A DNA stretch of 63,345 bases, counting the filler. It is 5 parts of 5 records of this genome, joined end to end, with 100 filler letters (N's around TTAATTAATTAA, not from the genome) between each part and the next. Parts side by side here need not be neighbours in the genome. Positions count along the whole stretch, not along the records: positions 1 to 31,655 come from SRR22947727_5317; 4 more parts are not named here. One strand, written 5' to 3'. The notes beneath the pieces are model-generated. The model had not been told where the DNA came from and searched no databases. It saw nothing but the letters and a program-made list of their open reading frames with translations. The translations under genes were made by a program, and so were the position numbers. Shown in pieces: positions 1 to 10,936 of the stretch. Each line of letters starts with the position of its first letter. The first letter of the stretch is position 1.

Positions 1-30
1 CAGGCCAAGAACGCCTGATATAGCCCGAAA

Positions 31-501
31 ATGCGTCTTACCATTTGTGCCGTTGGCCGGTTAAAATCCGGCCCCGAACATCTTTTGATCACCGATTACG
101 CAACCCGGTTCAATCGCATGGGCAGGTCTTTGGGATTGGGCCCTTTGAAAATTCAAGAAGTCGAAGATAAGAAAAATATTGGCATGTCAGCAGAAGCCGA
201 ACTGCTGCGCAAATCCATCCCCAATTCGGCCCGTATCTGCGCGCTTGATGAGCGCGGCCCGGTGATGAGCTCGCCAGAATTTACGCGCTATATGGCCGCG
301 TTGCGCGATCAGGGGATCAGCGATTTGGCCTTCGTAATCGGTGGCGCCGATGGAATTGACCCAAGCTTGCGCGACGCGGCCCATGCGCAATTGTCTTTTG
401 GTAAAATGGTCTGGCCACATCTCTTAGTGCGGGCGATGCTATGTGAACAAATTTACCGCGCCGCAGCCATTCTTGCTGGCACCCCCTATCACCGAATATA
501 A
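31..501 (+). CDS. rlmH: 23S rRNA (pseudouridine1915-N3)-methyltransferase RlmH
   Basis: 156 aa SPOUT protein with 'FVIGGADG', 'LSFGKMVWPH' and the C-terminal 'EQIYRA...PYH' signature. Confidence 0.95.
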   Translation: MRLTICAVGRLKSGPEHLLITDYATRFNRMGRSLGLGPLKIQEVEDKKNIGMSAEAELLRKSIPNSARICALDERGPVMSSPEFTRYMAALRDQGISDLAFVIGGADGIDPSLRDAAHAQLSFGKMVWPHLLVRAMLCEQIYRAAAILAGTPYHRI

Positions 502-580
502 AGCGTCAACCCTGTAAGGCCGCGCCCAGTTATCAACAACGATCGGCAAGCCTAAAAGCCAGATTGCGCCCCCACCAAGG

Positions 581-609
581 CTTGCACCCCAATGCAGCGC
601 AGCCTAAAT
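581..609 (+). promoter_or_regulatory. Putative alphaproteobacterial sigma70-type promoter of gpmI
   Basis: CTTGCA-N17-CTAAAT resembles the CTTGAC-N17-CTATAT consensus; ends 21 nt before the ATG at 631. Confidence 0.4.
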
Positions 610-630
610 CGGGTAAAAAAGGAAATCAGC

Positions 631-2154
631 ATGGCAGCAACACCTACAGTTCTGTGTATTTTAGACGGCTGGGGCTGTGGCGCCAGCGAGGTTGGAAATG
701 CCCCAAAACTAGCAAAAACACCTTGCTTTGACCACATTATGAAAACCTGCCCGCAAGCAGAATTAATCACATACGGGCCAGATGTCGGCCTGCCCTCGGG
801 GCAAATGGGAAATTCAGAAGTGGGTCATATGAATATCGGCGCTGGGCGTGTGGTGGCGATGGATCTTGGTCAAATTGATCTGGCAATCGAAAATGGCTCT
901 TTTGGCCAAAACGCAGCGCTTAACGCGTTTATCGGTCAGCTTCAAAGCAGCGGCGGCGTCGCGCATGTGATGGCTCTTGTGTCCGATGGCGGGGTGCATG
1001 GGCATATCGCGCATCTGCTTGCAACGCTGCAAGTGCTGAGCGCAGCAGGCGTGCCCAGCCGCATCCATGCGATCACCGATGGCCGCGATGTGGCCCCGGG
1101 AAGCGCGCTTGGCTTTATCGAACAGCTCAGCGCCGCGCTGCCCGCGCAAGCGCAGATCGCCACCGTAACGGGCAGATATTTTGCGATGGATCGCGACAAT
1201 CGCTGGGAGCGGGTTCAAACCGCTTATGATGCAATCGTGGCGGCGCAAAGCAGCAGAACCGCCGCAACAGCCGCGCAAGCGGTCACTTCGGCAGATTTGG
1301 CAGGCATCAGCGATGAATTCATCCCCGCAACGGTTGTGAACGGTTATCGCGGCGTTTCGTCAGGCGATGGGCTGTTCTGTTTAAATTTTCGCGCCGATCG
1401 GGCACGCGAAATTCTAAGCGCTCTGGCTGATCCGTATTTTGATCATTTTCAAAGCCATGCCCAACCCGCCTGGGCGGGCGCATTGGGCATGGTGAATTAT
1501 TCCGAGGCGCATGCCGCTTACATGCAAGCCTGCTTTCCCAAAACACCCGTGGTGAACACATTAGGGGCGTGGGTGGCGCGGCATGGCAAGCGCCAGTTTC
1601 GCGTTGCCGAAACCGAAAAATACCCCCATGTCACGTTTTTTCTAAACGGTGGCAAAGAACAAGCAGAGCCGCGCGAAGAGCGGTTCATGCCGCATTCTCC
1701 GAAAGTGGCAACCTATGATTTGCAGCCCGAAATGGCCTCTGAGGCCGTTACAGATCAGCTGATCGGCGCGATCAATAACGCCTATGATCTTATCATTGTG
1801 AACTATGCAAATCCGGATATGGTTGGCCATACGGGGGATTTGAACGCCGCCATCAAAGCCTGCGAAGCAGTTGACCGTGGCCTTGCGCGGGTGTTGAATG
1901 CGTTAGAAGAAACCAATGGGCAAATGATCCTTACGGCGGATCATGGAAATTGTGAAATGATGGTAGATCCGGAAACGGGGCAACCCCATACTGCGCATAC
2001 GCTTAACCCGGTGCCGGTGGCGTTAATCAATGGCCCCGATGGCAGCGCTTTGCGGCCAGGGGGGCGGCTGGCAGATCTGGCACCAACGCTCTTGCAGCTG
2101 ATGGGGCTGGACTGCCCCGGCGAAATGACAGGCCGCAGCCTGTTGCTGCCATGA
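631..2154 (+). CDS. gpmI: 2,3-bisphosphoglycerate-independent phosphoglycerate mutase
   Basis: 'LCILDGWG', 'QMGNSEVGH', 'NPDMVGHTG', 'TADHGN' motifs; start moved to ATG 631 after AAGGA SD. Confidence 0.96.
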   Translation: MAATPTVLCILDGWGCGASEVGNAPKLAKTPCFDHIMKTCPQAELITYGPDVGLPSGQMGNSEVGHMNIGAGRVVAMDLGQIDLAIENGSFGQNAALNAFIGQLQSSGGVAHVMALVSDGGVHGHIAHLLATLQVLSAAGVPSRIHAITDGRDVAPGSALGFIEQLSAALPAQAQIATVTGRYFAMDRDNRWERVQTAYDAIVAAQSSRTAATAAQAVTSADLAGISDEFIPATVVNGYRGVSSGDGLFCLNFRADRAREILSALADPYFDHFQSHAQPAWAGALGMVNYSEAHAAYMQACFPKTPVVNTLGAWVARHGKRQFRVAETEKYPHVTFFLNGGKEQAEPREERFMPHSPKVATYDLQPEMASEAVTDQLIGAINNAYDLIIVNYANPDMVGHTGDLNAAIKACEAVDRGLARVLNALEETNGQMILTADHGNCEMMVDPETGQPHTAHTLNPVPVALINGPDGSALRPGGRLADLAPTLLQLMGLDCPGEMTGRSLLLP

Positions 2155-3311
2155 AGCCGCTTTTCGCCCTTCTCGCTCTGCTGAGCTTATCTGCGGGCCA
2201 AGGCATTGCCCGCGATTTGGCCAGCAGCCCTCAAAACCTGGTAGAGGCCGCCCAAAAAGCCGCAAACACGCTGGATCAAGCCACCGCAAGTTTGGTGCGC
2301 GCAGAAACAGCATCAGATCGCGTACGGGCCTTGACGCAATCGATCAGAAGCATCGAGCACGCCTTGGCTTTGGTGCGCCAAGGCCTGCGCGAAATGGCGA
2401 TGGAAACGGCAGCGATTGATGCCCATCTCACCCGTCAAGAAGATGAAATCGGACGTCTGCTTGGGGTGCTGCACAGCATCGATAAAGACACAGTTTACAG
2501 CAGCCTAATCCACCCCTCTGGCCCCTTGGCAACGGCGCGGGCGGGCATGATGCTTTCAGATATCGTGCCGGCATTGCAAAGCCGGGTCTCGGCGCTGCAA
2601 CGCGAATTAGAGGATCAAAACGCGCTGATCGCGTTTCAAACCGAAATCCGCGATGCGCTGAAACTAGGGCTGAGCGAAGTGCAGCACGCCCGCACTGCAT
2701 TGGCCAGAGCGCTTGCCGATCGCAAAGACCTTCCCCGCCGCTTTACCGAGGATCCATCAAAAACCGAAATCTTGCTGACCGCTGCCGATAGTTTAGACGC
2801 TTTCGCAGACGGCGTTGCGATCATCGCTGCCGATGAAGTGCCCGGATCCCTGCCCTACATCGGAAATCGCAAAGGTGCGCTGCCCTTTCCCGTGGCGGGG
2901 CGGATCATCCGCCAATTCAATGAAACTGACGCGGCGGGGATTGTTCGCCCAGGCTTGGTTATTGCAACGGCCTCACAAGCCATCGTCACAACGCCCACAG
3001 CCGCCACAATACGCTATCGCGGGCCACTGCTAGATTATGGGCAAGTGTCGATTATCGAACCGCAAATCGGGGTGCTGATCATCGTTGCGGGCATGGAAAC
3101 AGTCTATGGCAATATTGGCGAAGTGCTGCCGGCGGGCAGCCCAATCGGCATCATGGGCGGCCAATCACAAAGCTTTGAAGAAATAATTGAACAAACTGTG
3201 ATTGGCAATGGTAGCGAGCGACCGGAAACGCTCTATATAGAGATAAGAAATGAAAATATTCCGCAGGACCCACTGCTTTGGTTCGGCCAGGGAAAGGATC
3301 TTAAGAAATGA
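2151..3311 (+). CDS. Murein hydrolase activator EnvC-like protein (coiled coil plus degenerate M23 domain)
   Basis: Signal peptide, long coiled coil, C-terminal M23-like 'LPFPVAGRIIRQF...LYIEIR...PQDP'; usual gpmI-envC-ctpA context. Confidence 0.8.
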   Translation: MKPLFALLALLSLSAGQGIARDLASSPQNLVEAAQKAANTLDQATASLVRAETASDRVRALTQSIRSIEHALALVRQGLREMAMETAAIDAHLTRQEDEIGRLLGVLHSIDKDTVYSSLIHPSGPLATARAGMMLSDIVPALQSRVSALQRELEDQNALIAFQTEIRDALKLGLSEVQHARTALARALADRKDLPRRFTEDPSKTEILLTAADSLDAFADGVAIIAADEVPGSLPYIGNRKGALPFPVAGRIIRQFNETDAAGIVRPGLVIATASQAIVTTPTAATIRYRGPLLDYGQVSIIEPQIGVLIIVAGMETVYGNIGEVLPAGSPIGIMGGQSQSFEEIIEQTVIGNGSERPETLYIEIRNENIPQDPLLWFGQGKDLKK

Positions 3312-4645
3312 GTAGGTTGATTTTAGCCGCAGGGTTTGGCCTGAGCCTTGGGGTGATGACAGCGTTGCAATTCGCGGCACCGGTTCTGGCGCAATCCAGC
3401 AGTGAGCGCAGCAGCGTCTATGAGCAGCTTGACCTTTTCGGTGATATTTTCGAACGCATCCGCTCGCAATATGTGGAAGAGGTTGACGAGGCTGAACTGA
3501 TCGAAGCCGCGATCAATGGTATGCTGACCTCACTGGATCCACATTCCAGCTATATGTCGCCAAAAGCAGCTGCGGATATGCGTGTGCAAACCCGTGGTGA
3601 ATTTGGCGGGCTTGGCATCGAAGTTACCCAACAAGATGGGTTTGTGAAAGTTGTCTCGCCCATTGATGGCACCCCTGCGGATGCAGCGGGCATTGAAGCG
3701 GGCGATTTTATTACCCATGTTGATGGCGAAACGGTGCTTGGCTTAACGCTCAATCAAGCCGTGGAAATGATGCGCGGGCCGGTTGGCTCTGAAATTATCA
3801 TCACGGTGGTGCGCGAGGGCGAAGATGAACCTTTCGATGTGTCAATCATCCGCGATACGATTAAGCTCACGGCAGTGAGATCGCGCGTTGAAGGCAGCTC
3901 GGTGGTGCTGCGCATCACCACGTTCAACGATCAAACCTATCCCAACCTTTCTGACGGGATTGCCAAGCAAGTTGAAGAATTGGGCGGCATCGACAACGTA
4001 AACGGATTTGTGTTGGATTTGCGCAACAATCCGGGTGGCTTGCTCTCGCAAGCGATCCGCGTGTCCGACGCGTTTTTAGAGAAGGGCGAAATCGTCTCAA
4101 CCCGCGGCCGCGATCCGCAGGACGGAGATCGCTATAATGCCTCGCCCGATGATCTGGCCGAGGGCAAACCCATTGTGGTGCTGATCAATGGTGGGTCTGC
4201 CTCGGCCTCGGAAATTGTGGCCGGCGCGCTGCAAGATCATCGCCGCGCCGTGGTTGTGGGCACGCGCAGCTTTGGCAAAGGCTCGGTACAAACGGTCATG
4301 CCCTTGGGCGGTGATGGTGCGATGCGCCTGACAACTGCCCGTTATTACACGCCATCAGGGCGCTCGATTCAGGCTTTGGGTGTCTCGCCTGATATTATCG
4401 TTGAGCAACCGCGCCGAAAAGAGAACGAAGAGGCCAAAGATGAAGACGGCACAAGCCAGCGCCGTTCGGAAGCGGATCTGCGCGGATCTTTGCTGAATGA
4501 CAGCCTCAGCGATGAAGAAATTAAACAGATTGAAACAGACCAAGCCGAGGCTGACTTGGCCGCCAAACTGCGCAATGACGATTTTCAACTGTCTTACGCG
4601 ATTGATCTTCTCAAAGGTATGATGGCACTGGCGGGGCAAGATTAA
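3308..4645 (+). CDS. ctpA: S41 family carboxy-terminal processing protease
   Basis: PDZ 'GGLGIEV', 'DLRNNPGG', catalytic 'SASASEI', 'SFGKGSVQ'. Confidence 0.93.
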   Translation: MSRLILAAGFGLSLGVMTALQFAAPVLAQSSSERSSVYEQLDLFGDIFERIRSQYVEEVDEAELIEAAINGMLTSLDPHSSYMSPKAAADMRVQTRGEFGGLGIEVTQQDGFVKVVSPIDGTPADAAGIEAGDFITHVDGETVLGLTLNQAVEMMRGPVGSEIIITVVREGEDEPFDVSIIRDTIKLTAVRSRVEGSSVVLRITTFNDQTYPNLSDGIAKQVEELGGIDNVNGFVLDLRNNPGGLLSQAIRVSDAFLEKGEIVSTRGRDPQDGDRYNASPDDLAEGKPIVVLINGGSASASEIVAGALQDHRRAVVVGTRSFGKGSVQTVMPLGGDGAMRLTTARYYTPSGRSIQALGVSPDIIVEQPRRKENEEAKDEDGTSQRRSEADLRGSLLNDSLSDEEIKQIETDQAEADLAAKLRNDDFQLSYAIDLLKGMMALAGQD

Positions 4646-4649
4646 GCCG

Positions 4650-5138
4650 ATGACGCCAGAGCAGATTGCCGCGCTACCTTATCGACGCAATGTCGGGATT
4701 ATGCTGATCGACAAACGCGGATACGTGTTTGTGGGGCAGCGGCGCGATAACCATTCCGATGCCTGGCAAATGCCGCAGGGCGGAATAGATCCCGGAGAAA
4801 CGCCGGAAGCGGCGGCTTGGCGGGAATTGGAAGAAGAAACCGGGGTTGCGCCTGCCTCCGCGACGTTAATGGCCGTCTCAAAGGGTTGGGTGACCTATGA
4901 CTTGCCCGCCGATCTGGTATCCAAACTCTGGCAAGGAAAATATCGGGGGCAGGAACAAAAATGGTATCTGATGCGCTTTGAGGGCGCGGATCAGGATGTG
5001 AATATTCAAACAGAGCATCCCGAATTTTCCGCATGGGCTTGGATGCGTCCTGCAGATCTGATCGAAAATATTGTGCCTTTTAAACGCGCGGTTTATCACG
5101 CCGTTTTAAACGAATTCGCCAGTCACTTGCCAGAATAA
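4650..5138 (+). CDS. rppH: RNA pyrophosphohydrolase (Nudix)
   Basis: 'YRRNVG', Nudix box '[21 protein letters not shown]', 'YRGQEQKW'. Confidence 0.93.
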   Translation: MTPEQIAALPYRRNVGIMLIDKRGYVFVGQRRDNHSDAWQMPQGGIDPGETPEAAAWRELEEETGVAPASATLMAVSKGWVTYDLPADLVSKLWQGKYRGQEQKWYLMRFEGADQDVNIQTEHPEFSAWAWMRPADLIENIVPFKRAVYHAVLNEFASHLPE

Positions 5139-5305
5139 GCTATGCCATACAGGCCTATCTTACGAGCACAGGCTTGGGGCCAAAAACTGTAAACCCGGGC
5201 GCGCATCCCGGAAATGGTACAATCCAAATGGAGTGCTAGCGCAAGCAGCGCGGCGCATGCTCGCAACGGCGGGCCGCAAAAATTTAGCTTTGAAGAGCGA
5301 TTTTA

Positions 5306-7225
5306 TTAGCTGGCGGAAAACTGCAGAATATTTTGCGATGGATGTACCAATTCAAAGATGGTTTTGTGAATATCCTGCGCGGTCAAACCGGCATCTTTGT
5401 ACATTTCTTGTGGCGATCCGTGGTCAATAAAGCGATCCGGCAAGGTTAAGGTGCGCAATTTCACCCCCTGCTCCAACTGACCTGATTGCGCCAAATAATG
5501 CAGCACCATAGCGCCAAAGCCACCAACCGAGCCCTGCTCAACCGTTACCACCGCCTTATGGTGGCGCATCAATTGCGTGATTAAATCTGTATCAAGGGGC
5601 TTTGCAAAGCGCGCATCCGCAATCGTCACGCGGATACCCTGCTGCGCCAAAGTCACTGAGGCTTGCTCAATTTCGCCCAAATGTGCGCCGAAAGAAAGGA
5701 TGGCGACATCCTCGCCCTCTTGCACAATACGGCCTTTGCCGATTTCAAGCACTTCGCCGCGCACGGGCATGGCAACCCCTGTGCCGTTTCCACGCGGATA
5801 GCGAAAGGCGATCGGGCCAGCATCATGCGCCGCCGCAGTGGCCACCATATGCATCAACTCAGCCTCATCCGAGGCAGCCATCACGGTAAACCCCGGCAGA
5901 TTGCTCAGATAGGCGATATCAAACGCCCCCGCATGCGTGGCCCCATCGGCCCCAACCAAACCCGCGCGGTCAATTGCAAAGCGTACCGGCAAACCTTGCA
6001 GCGCCACATCATGAACCACTTGATCATAGCCACGCTGCAAAAAGGTTGAATAAATCGCACAGAAGGGTTTCAGGCCGCTGGCCGCCATTCCTGCGGCAAA
6101 TGTCACCCCATGCTGCTCCGCAATCCCGACATCAAACACGCGCTTTGGAAAGCGGTCCGCCAAAATATTGAGACCTGTCCCCGATGGCATCGCCGCGGTT
6201 ACCGCAACAATATTGGGATCGCGTGCCGCTTCATCGCACAGCGCTTGCCCGAACACTTTTGTATAAGCCGGCGCGTTGGGTTGCGATTTTGCCTGCGCGC
6301 CGGTTGCAACGTTGAATTTAGACACGCCGTGATATTTATCCGCAGCTTGTTCTGCAGGCGCGTAGCCTTTGCCTTTCACCGTGCAAGCATGGATCAACAC
6401 CGGGCCCGTTGCCCGCGTGCGCGCCGCGCGCAATATCGGCAGCAACTGAGTCATATCATGGCCATCAATCGGGCCAATATACTCAAATCCCAATTCTTCG
6501 AACAAAGTGCCAGAGCCGTGCAAACCTGTGACCAATTGGCGCGCGCGCTTAGCGCTGTCGCGCAAGGGTGAGGGCAGGGCCGATTCAAACCCTTCCGCCA
6601 GCGCCTTCATTTTCGCCAAAGGTTCGTTCGAATAAAGCTTCGACAGATATGAGGACATCGCGCCCACTGGGGGTGCGATCGACATTTCATTATCGTTCAA
6701 AATAACAAATAAGCGCCGGCCTTCGCTGCCAGCGTTGTTTAAGGCTTCATAAGCCATACCCGCGCTGATCGAGCCATCGCCGATCACAGCGATTGCATCC
6801 CCCGTCGGACGCCCCATATCGCGGCCCACGGCAAAGCCCAGCGCTGCAGAAATTGAGGTTGAGCTATGCGCAGCGCCAAAGGGATCAAACTCGCTTTCGC
6901 TGCGTTTGGTAAAGCCGCTTAGCCCGTCTTTTTGCCGCAAACTGCGGATGCGGTCGCGCCGGCCGGTAAGAATCTTATGCGGGTAACATTGATGCCCAAC
7001 ATCCCAGATCAATTTATCATGCGGCGTGTTAAACACCGCGTGGATCGCCACACTCAATTCGACAACCCCCAGCGAAGAGCCCAAATGGCCGCCGGTTTCG
7101 GACACGGCCGAAACAACCTCGCTGCGCAGCTCATGCGCCAATTGGGTGAGCTCTGGATCGCTTAGACCTTTTAGATCTGCAGGGCCTGCAATTCGCTCGA
7201 GCATGGGAAGATCAGAATATTGCAT
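5306..7225 (-). CDS. dxs: 1-deoxy-D-xylulose-5-phosphate synthase (photosynthesis-cluster copy)
   Basis: '[13 protein letters not shown]', '[11 protein letters not shown]', ThDP motif 'GDGS...NDN', '[13 protein letters not shown]'. Confidence 0.96.
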   Translation of the reverse strand: MQYSDLPMLERIAGPADLKGLSDPELTQLAHELRSEVVSAVSETGGHLGSSLGVVELSVAIHAVFNTPHDKLIWDVGHQCYPHKILTGRRDRIRSLRQKDGLSGFTKRSESEFDPFGAAHSSTSISAALGFAVGRDMGRPTGDAIAVIGDGSISAGMAYEALNNAGSEGRRLFVILNDNEMSIAPPVGAMSSYLSKLYSNEPLAKMKALAEGFESALPSPLRDSAKRARQLVTGLHGSGTLFEELGFEYIGPIDGHDMTQLLPILRAARTRATGPVLIHACTVKGKGYAPAEQAADKYHGVSKFNVATGAQAKSQPNAPAYTKVFGQALCDEAARDPNIVAVTAAMPSGTGLNILADRFPKRVFDVGIAEQHGVTFAAGMAASGLKPFCAIYSTFLQRGYDQVVHDVALQGLPVRFAIDRAGLVGADGATHAGAFDIAYLSNLPGFTVMAASDEAELMHMVATAAAHDAGPIAFRYPRGNGTGVAMPVRGEVLEIGKGRIVQEGEDVAILSFGAHLGEIEQASVTLAQQGIRVTIADARFAKPLDTDLITQLMRHHKAVVTVEQGSVGGFGAMVLHYLAQSGQLEQGVKLRTLTLPDRFIDHGSPQEMYKDAGLTAQDIHKTIFELVHPSQNILQFSAS

Positions 7226-7245
7226 CAGGCGCGCCTCCTAAGCGA

Positions 7246-7286
7246 GGGAAAAAGCGTCACATTCAAGGAGACCCTGAATGTGACGC
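7246..7286 (-). terminator. Rho-independent terminator-like hairpin downstream of pufC, just upstream of dxs
   Basis: Perfect 12-bp stem GCGTCACATTCA/TGAATGTGACGC (7254-7286) followed on the minus strand by TTTTT. Confidence 0.7.
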
Positions 7287-7398
7287 CAGTCTCCTGTAGC
7301 CAACAGGATGGGAACCGGGGTGTGGAGACCCCGTATTTGACCCACGGGAAAATGGGTCAAATCTGGCGGGGATCGGGGCGGCAGTACCGCCCGCGATC

Positions 7399-8514
7399 CT
7401 ATTCGTAAACCGGCGTGCCCGTGGTCGCGAGCTCGGGCCAGTATTGGATCACATTGGTGCCCTGCAGCGGCTGTTGATAGCCTTTGTGACAGGTTTTACA
7501 CGCCGCTTTTGGCGCATCCCCATGCAAAGGACCAAGGCGGTTCTCAGGATAAGTATCGCCCAATGGGATCAGATACTCGGTGTTCATTTCCTGAACCATT
7601 CCGATACCCAGCGATTCTGTGCCCCATTGCGGCGTCACTTGCTCGGGATCATAGAACGCCCGCGTATTGTGGCAGAAGACACAGTTCACACCCAAAGAAT
7701 TGCTGACATAATTCATCAGCGCATAGGTGCGTTCTGCATTCTGAATGCCCGCTACATCCGGATCGGTGATGTCTTCATCGCTCCGGCTTTCCAGACTGTG
7801 CACGCCAATCACTTCCCCATCTACCAAATACTTCTCAAGCGCATCAGAGGGCAAAGAGCTGTATTGGCTGAGCGGCGTGACCCGGTTCTGGTTCGACGAC
7901 CATCCCGCAGTAGACGCGTTGACCGGCGTCACTTTGAACCAAATATCGCTGGGGACATTTTGTCCCCGGTGACAGGTCATGCAGGTCACACCAACTTCTT
8001 TATTGGCGTTGACATGACCATCCCAGTTTTCGTTGATATTCTGGGTCATTTGGATCATCCGGCGGGCCACAACTTTGGTGTAGAGTGTATCTTCACCATA
8101 GGTTTCGACATCGCCATCCCCGTGACAATAAGCGCAGCCTTCTTCGGGCGCTACCCAGCGGGTCATCGCCGCCATCACCCGGTTGAAGTTATCCTCTGTG
8201 ACATCCCCCAACACTTGCACGTTTTCATAGATGTCTTTTGCCAGCGCATCACCAGCCTCAGGGATGTAAGGCTCATCCTCGATCAGCTCGGCAATATCAG
8301 GATCCGGAATAGCCAGTTCGGCTTTAAATTCCGGCACTGACATACCCGTGCCGCGCGGCCCGGTTTGCAGACTGTCCGTGGCATAGGGTTGCCCCCAGGC
8401 CACGATCATGATCGCTACAAAAACAGCCCCGCCTAAGGCGCCAACCAGAATGCCAGGCCCAAATACATCTTTCGGGTTCTCGCGATTCCATTTGTTAAAC
8501 CAATTCGGAAGCAT
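7399..8514 (-). CDS. pufC: Photosynthetic reaction centre tetraheme cytochrome c subunit
   Basis: Four CxxCH motifs (CAYCH, CMTCH, CVFCH, CKTCH), 'LQTGPRGTGM', directly downstream of pufM. Confidence 0.96.
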   Translation of the reverse strand: MLPNWFNKWNRENPKDVFGPGILVGALGGAVFVAIMIVAWGQPYATDSLQTGPRGTGMSVPEFKAELAIPDPDIAELIEDEPYIPEAGDALAKDIYENVQVLGDVTEDNFNRVMAAMTRWVAPEEGCAYCHGDGDVETYGEDTLYTKVVARRMIQMTQNINENWDGHVNANKEVGVTCMTCHRGQNVPSDIWFKVTPVNASTAGWSSNQNRVTPLSQYSSLPSDALEKYLVDGEVIGVHSLESRSDEDITDPDVAGIQNAERTYALMNYVSNSLGVNCVFCHNTRAFYDPEQVTPQWGTESLGIGMVQEMNTEYLIPLGDTYPENRLGPLHGDAPKAACKTCHKGYQQPLQGTNVIQYWPELATTGTPVYE

Positions 8515-8518
8515 GCTA

Positions 8519-9505
8519 TCACTCCTTGCCTATAAAGGCTTCGTATGAGCCATAGCTGTCATAGCCATACGAGCCGTCATACATAGGCGCAAAGTTATGC
8601 TCTTGTGCCCAGATGAACCAGTTATCGACAACCGTGCCGGTGAGAAGGATCCCAATACCACCCGTGATCGGGGTGAGCACTGCAAACCACCATGCCCAGC
8701 GGTGAATACCCTCCATGGTCGCGTTAAAGCCCATCGTCCAGCGCCAGAAAAGGGCTGCACGCTCAGAGGCGGTGCCGCGATCATAAATCTGCTCAAGCTC
8801 GCGATCGCCGCCGAAACGGGTCACCGCCAGAATGGTCGCCCCATGCATGGCGAACAGCAGAACCGAGCCATAGAGGAAGACAATCGACAGACAATGGAAG
8901 GGGTTATAATAAAGGTTGCCATAACGAATTGAGAACGCAGTGGTCCAATCGAGATGCGGGAAGATGCCATAAGGCACAGCCTCAGACCAGCTGCCCATCA
9001 GGACGGGCCGGAACAAGCCAAGCACCAAGAACAACCAAATCGCACTGGCGAAGGCCCAAGCCACATGTTTGCCCATCTTTTGCTCTTGCGCCAAAAGATA
9101 GGTACGCATCCACCACGTGCAAACCGAAACCAGCAAGAAGAAGGAGGCGATGATATAAAGCCCTCCATCATTCAATGGTGGCATGCTGAGCCCGTGCTCG
9201 GGGCCCGGAGGTTCTAGCGCCAGCCAGAAACCCTGCCGCAGGAACTCTGGCAAAGACCAATCCACCTGCGCCAACATGCTAATACCAACGATGAAGAACC
9301 AGGCCAAGCCTGTTGCCAGACCGATCATACCCGTCCAGCCCAAATAAACCGGGCCAAGCTGCGCGTTTCCGATCCAACCGGCCAGATTGGAAAACCAAGG
9401 GGTTCCCATCCGCTCGGCCGCCATCGTGCCCGCTTCATTATCCAAGCCCATCTCCGCAGGACCGCGAACTTGCACTTGGGTGAATATGTTCTGATATTCA
9501 ATCAT
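8519..9505 (-). CDS. pufM: Reaction centre M subunit
   Basis: '[11 protein letters not shown]', 'YNPFH', 'MHGATIL', '[10 protein letters not shown]'; start moved to ATG 9505. Confidence 0.98.
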   Translation of the reverse strand: MIEYQNIFTQVQVRGPAEMGLDNEAGTMAAERMGTPWFSNLAGWIGNAQLGPVYLGWTGMIGLATGLAWFFIVGISMLAQVDWSLPEFLRQGFWLALEPPGPEHGLSMPPLNDGGLYIIASFFLLVSVCTWWMRTYLLAQEQKMGKHVAWAFASAIWLFLVLGLFRPVLMGSWSEAVPYGIFPHLDWTTAFSIRYGNLYYNPFHCLSIVFLYGSVLLFAMHGATILAVTRFGGDRELEQIYDRGTASERAALFWRWTMGFNATMEGIHRWAWWFAVLTPITGGIGILLTGTVVDNWFIWAQEHNFAPMYDGSYGYDSYGSYEAFIGKE

Positions 9506-9507
9506 GA

Positions 9508-10347
9508 TTACATCCCCACCTGTGATGGCCAAATCGGCAATTCAAGCCACCAGTTCCACCATTCAGGCCAGCCTTTTGTCCAGACCGGGCCAGAAATAAT
9601 GATACAAACGGCGGAAAAGAAAACCGCGTTAATCGCCAGTAAAAATCCAAGCCGGTGAATCCCCAACGTGCCAATCGAATACCCGATAAGATCGCGAAAG
9701 AACGTATCTTCGTGATCCGGGCCCATCGCTTCTTGGCCTTTTTCAGGATTGGCCGCGCTCAGGATCAAACCGCCATGCAATGCCAACGCCAGCGTGGTGG
9801 TAAAGAATAAGGTTACCGCCAGCATATGGGCTGGATTATAATGAAAGTGTAAATATGCATAGCCAGTATTGCTGACCCAATCGAGGTGGCTGAAAATCCC
9901 ATAAGGGAACCCATGCCCCCAAGCGCCCATTAATAAAGGCCGAAATACGACCAAAGTCATATAGGCAAGAATTGCAAAGCTAAACGCAAAGGGCACATGA
10001 TACCCCATGCCAAGCTTTCGACAAATCTCGACTTCACGCAGCGCCCAACTGATAAAGGCGCAGACCGCACACATCGTGATAATCTGCCACAAGCCGCCCT
10101 CAAGCAACGGGGCCAGACCCAATCCATATTTCAAATCAGGAGGTGCAATATTGATCAACCAAGGGTTAAACGTGCCTTGCTGTGAGGCCCCCCAGAAGAT
10201 CAGCACGGTTCCCAACAGGGCAAAAAATGCTGTCGTGACCCCGAAGAAGCCTACATAAAAAGGCCCCACCCAAAAGTCGAACAGATCGCCCCCGATCAAC
10301 GTCCCTCCTCGGACGCGATACTTTCTTTCGAAGCTGAGCAATGCCAT
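9508..10347 (-). CDS. pufL: Reaction centre L subunit
   Basis: '[15 protein letters not shown]', 'HYNPAHM', '[13 protein letters not shown]'. Confidence 0.98.
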   Translation of the reverse strand: MALLSFERKYRVRGGTLIGGDLFDFWVGPFYVGFFGVTTAFFALLGTVLIFWGASQQGTFNPWLINIAPPDLKYGLGLAPLLEGGLWQIITMCAVCAFISWALREVEICRKLGMGYHVPFAFSFAILAYMTLVVFRPLLMGAWGHGFPYGIFSHLDWVSNTGYAYLHFHYNPAHMLAVTLFFTTTLALALHGGLILSAANPEKGQEAMGPDHEDTFFRDLIGYSIGTLGIHRLGFLLAINAVFFSAVCIIISGPVWTKGWPEWWNWWLELPIWPSQVGM

Positions 10348-10412
10348 CTAATTTCTCCGCTCTTACCGGCCTTTCGCACCTGCGATGGCCGCCTTCTGTG
10401 AATTTGACTAGC

Positions 10413-10489
10413 CGCGGCCGATCCCAAAAGGGATCGCCCGCCACTGTCTTTTGTGAAAACTGTCCGATGGCCCTTAATAAAGAGCCATC
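10413..10489 (-). promoter_or_regulatory. pufA-pufL intercistronic stem-loops (likely pufBA mRNA stabilisers)
   Basis: CGATCCC-AAAA-GGGATCG (10419-10436) and GATGGC...GCCATC (10466-10489); equivalent hairpins stabilise pufBA mRNA in Rhodobacter. Confidence 0.65.
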
Positions 10490-10495
10490 AGCCAA

Positions 10496-10651
10496 TTAAT
10501 TTGCAGCAGCTGCTATTTCGAACCAGTTGAAGCCATCCGTGCTGAGCAGCACCAAATGGATCATCGCGGCCAGTAGGAACAGGAAAACACCCTGCGCTAC
10601 AAAGACACGACGTGGATCAAAAACGAGCCAGATTTTGTAAAACTTAGCCAT
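10496..10651 (-). CDS. pufA: LH1 alpha polypeptide (51 aa; below the ORF-track cutoff)
   Basis: Manual translation [58 protein letters not shown]. Confidence 0.97.
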   Translation of the reverse strand: MAKFYKIWLVFDPRRVFVAQGVFLFLLAAMIHLVLLSTDGFNWFEIAAAAN

Positions 10652-10664
10652 TATTCAATCCTCC

Positions 10665-10814
10665 TCAAAACCACGGAAACACGATGAACGTAGCAATGTG
10701 GGCAACCACAGCTACGGCAACGAATAACCACATACCACTCAGATATACTGAGTGAAGCTCTTGAGCTTGCTCGTCTGTTAAACCTGTAAACGACAGGTCA
10801 CTTCTATCAGCCAT
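10665..10814 (-). CDS. pufB: LH1 beta polypeptide (49 aa; below the ORF-track cutoff)
   Basis: Manual translation [56 protein letters not shown]. Confidence 0.97.
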   Translation of the reverse strand: MADRSDLSFTGLTDEQAQELHSVYLSGMWLFVAVAVVAHIATFIVFPWF

Positions 10815-10936
10815 GAACTTTCCTCCGGAATGTTAAGCCGACGCCGCAGTGCCCCTGCGGCCGGGTCCTTTGGGGCTTTCACCCCGCCGGGTCCTGCCCC
10901 CTCAAAAGAGGGGTCAGTTTCGTCTTCCCAACCCTT

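Noticed and set aside
7444-8340. Long antisense ORFs opposite pufC (298 aa) and, similarly, bchY (13217-14173, 318 aa)
   Set aside because: Shadow frames expected from codon bias in GC-rich genes; no recognisable motifs
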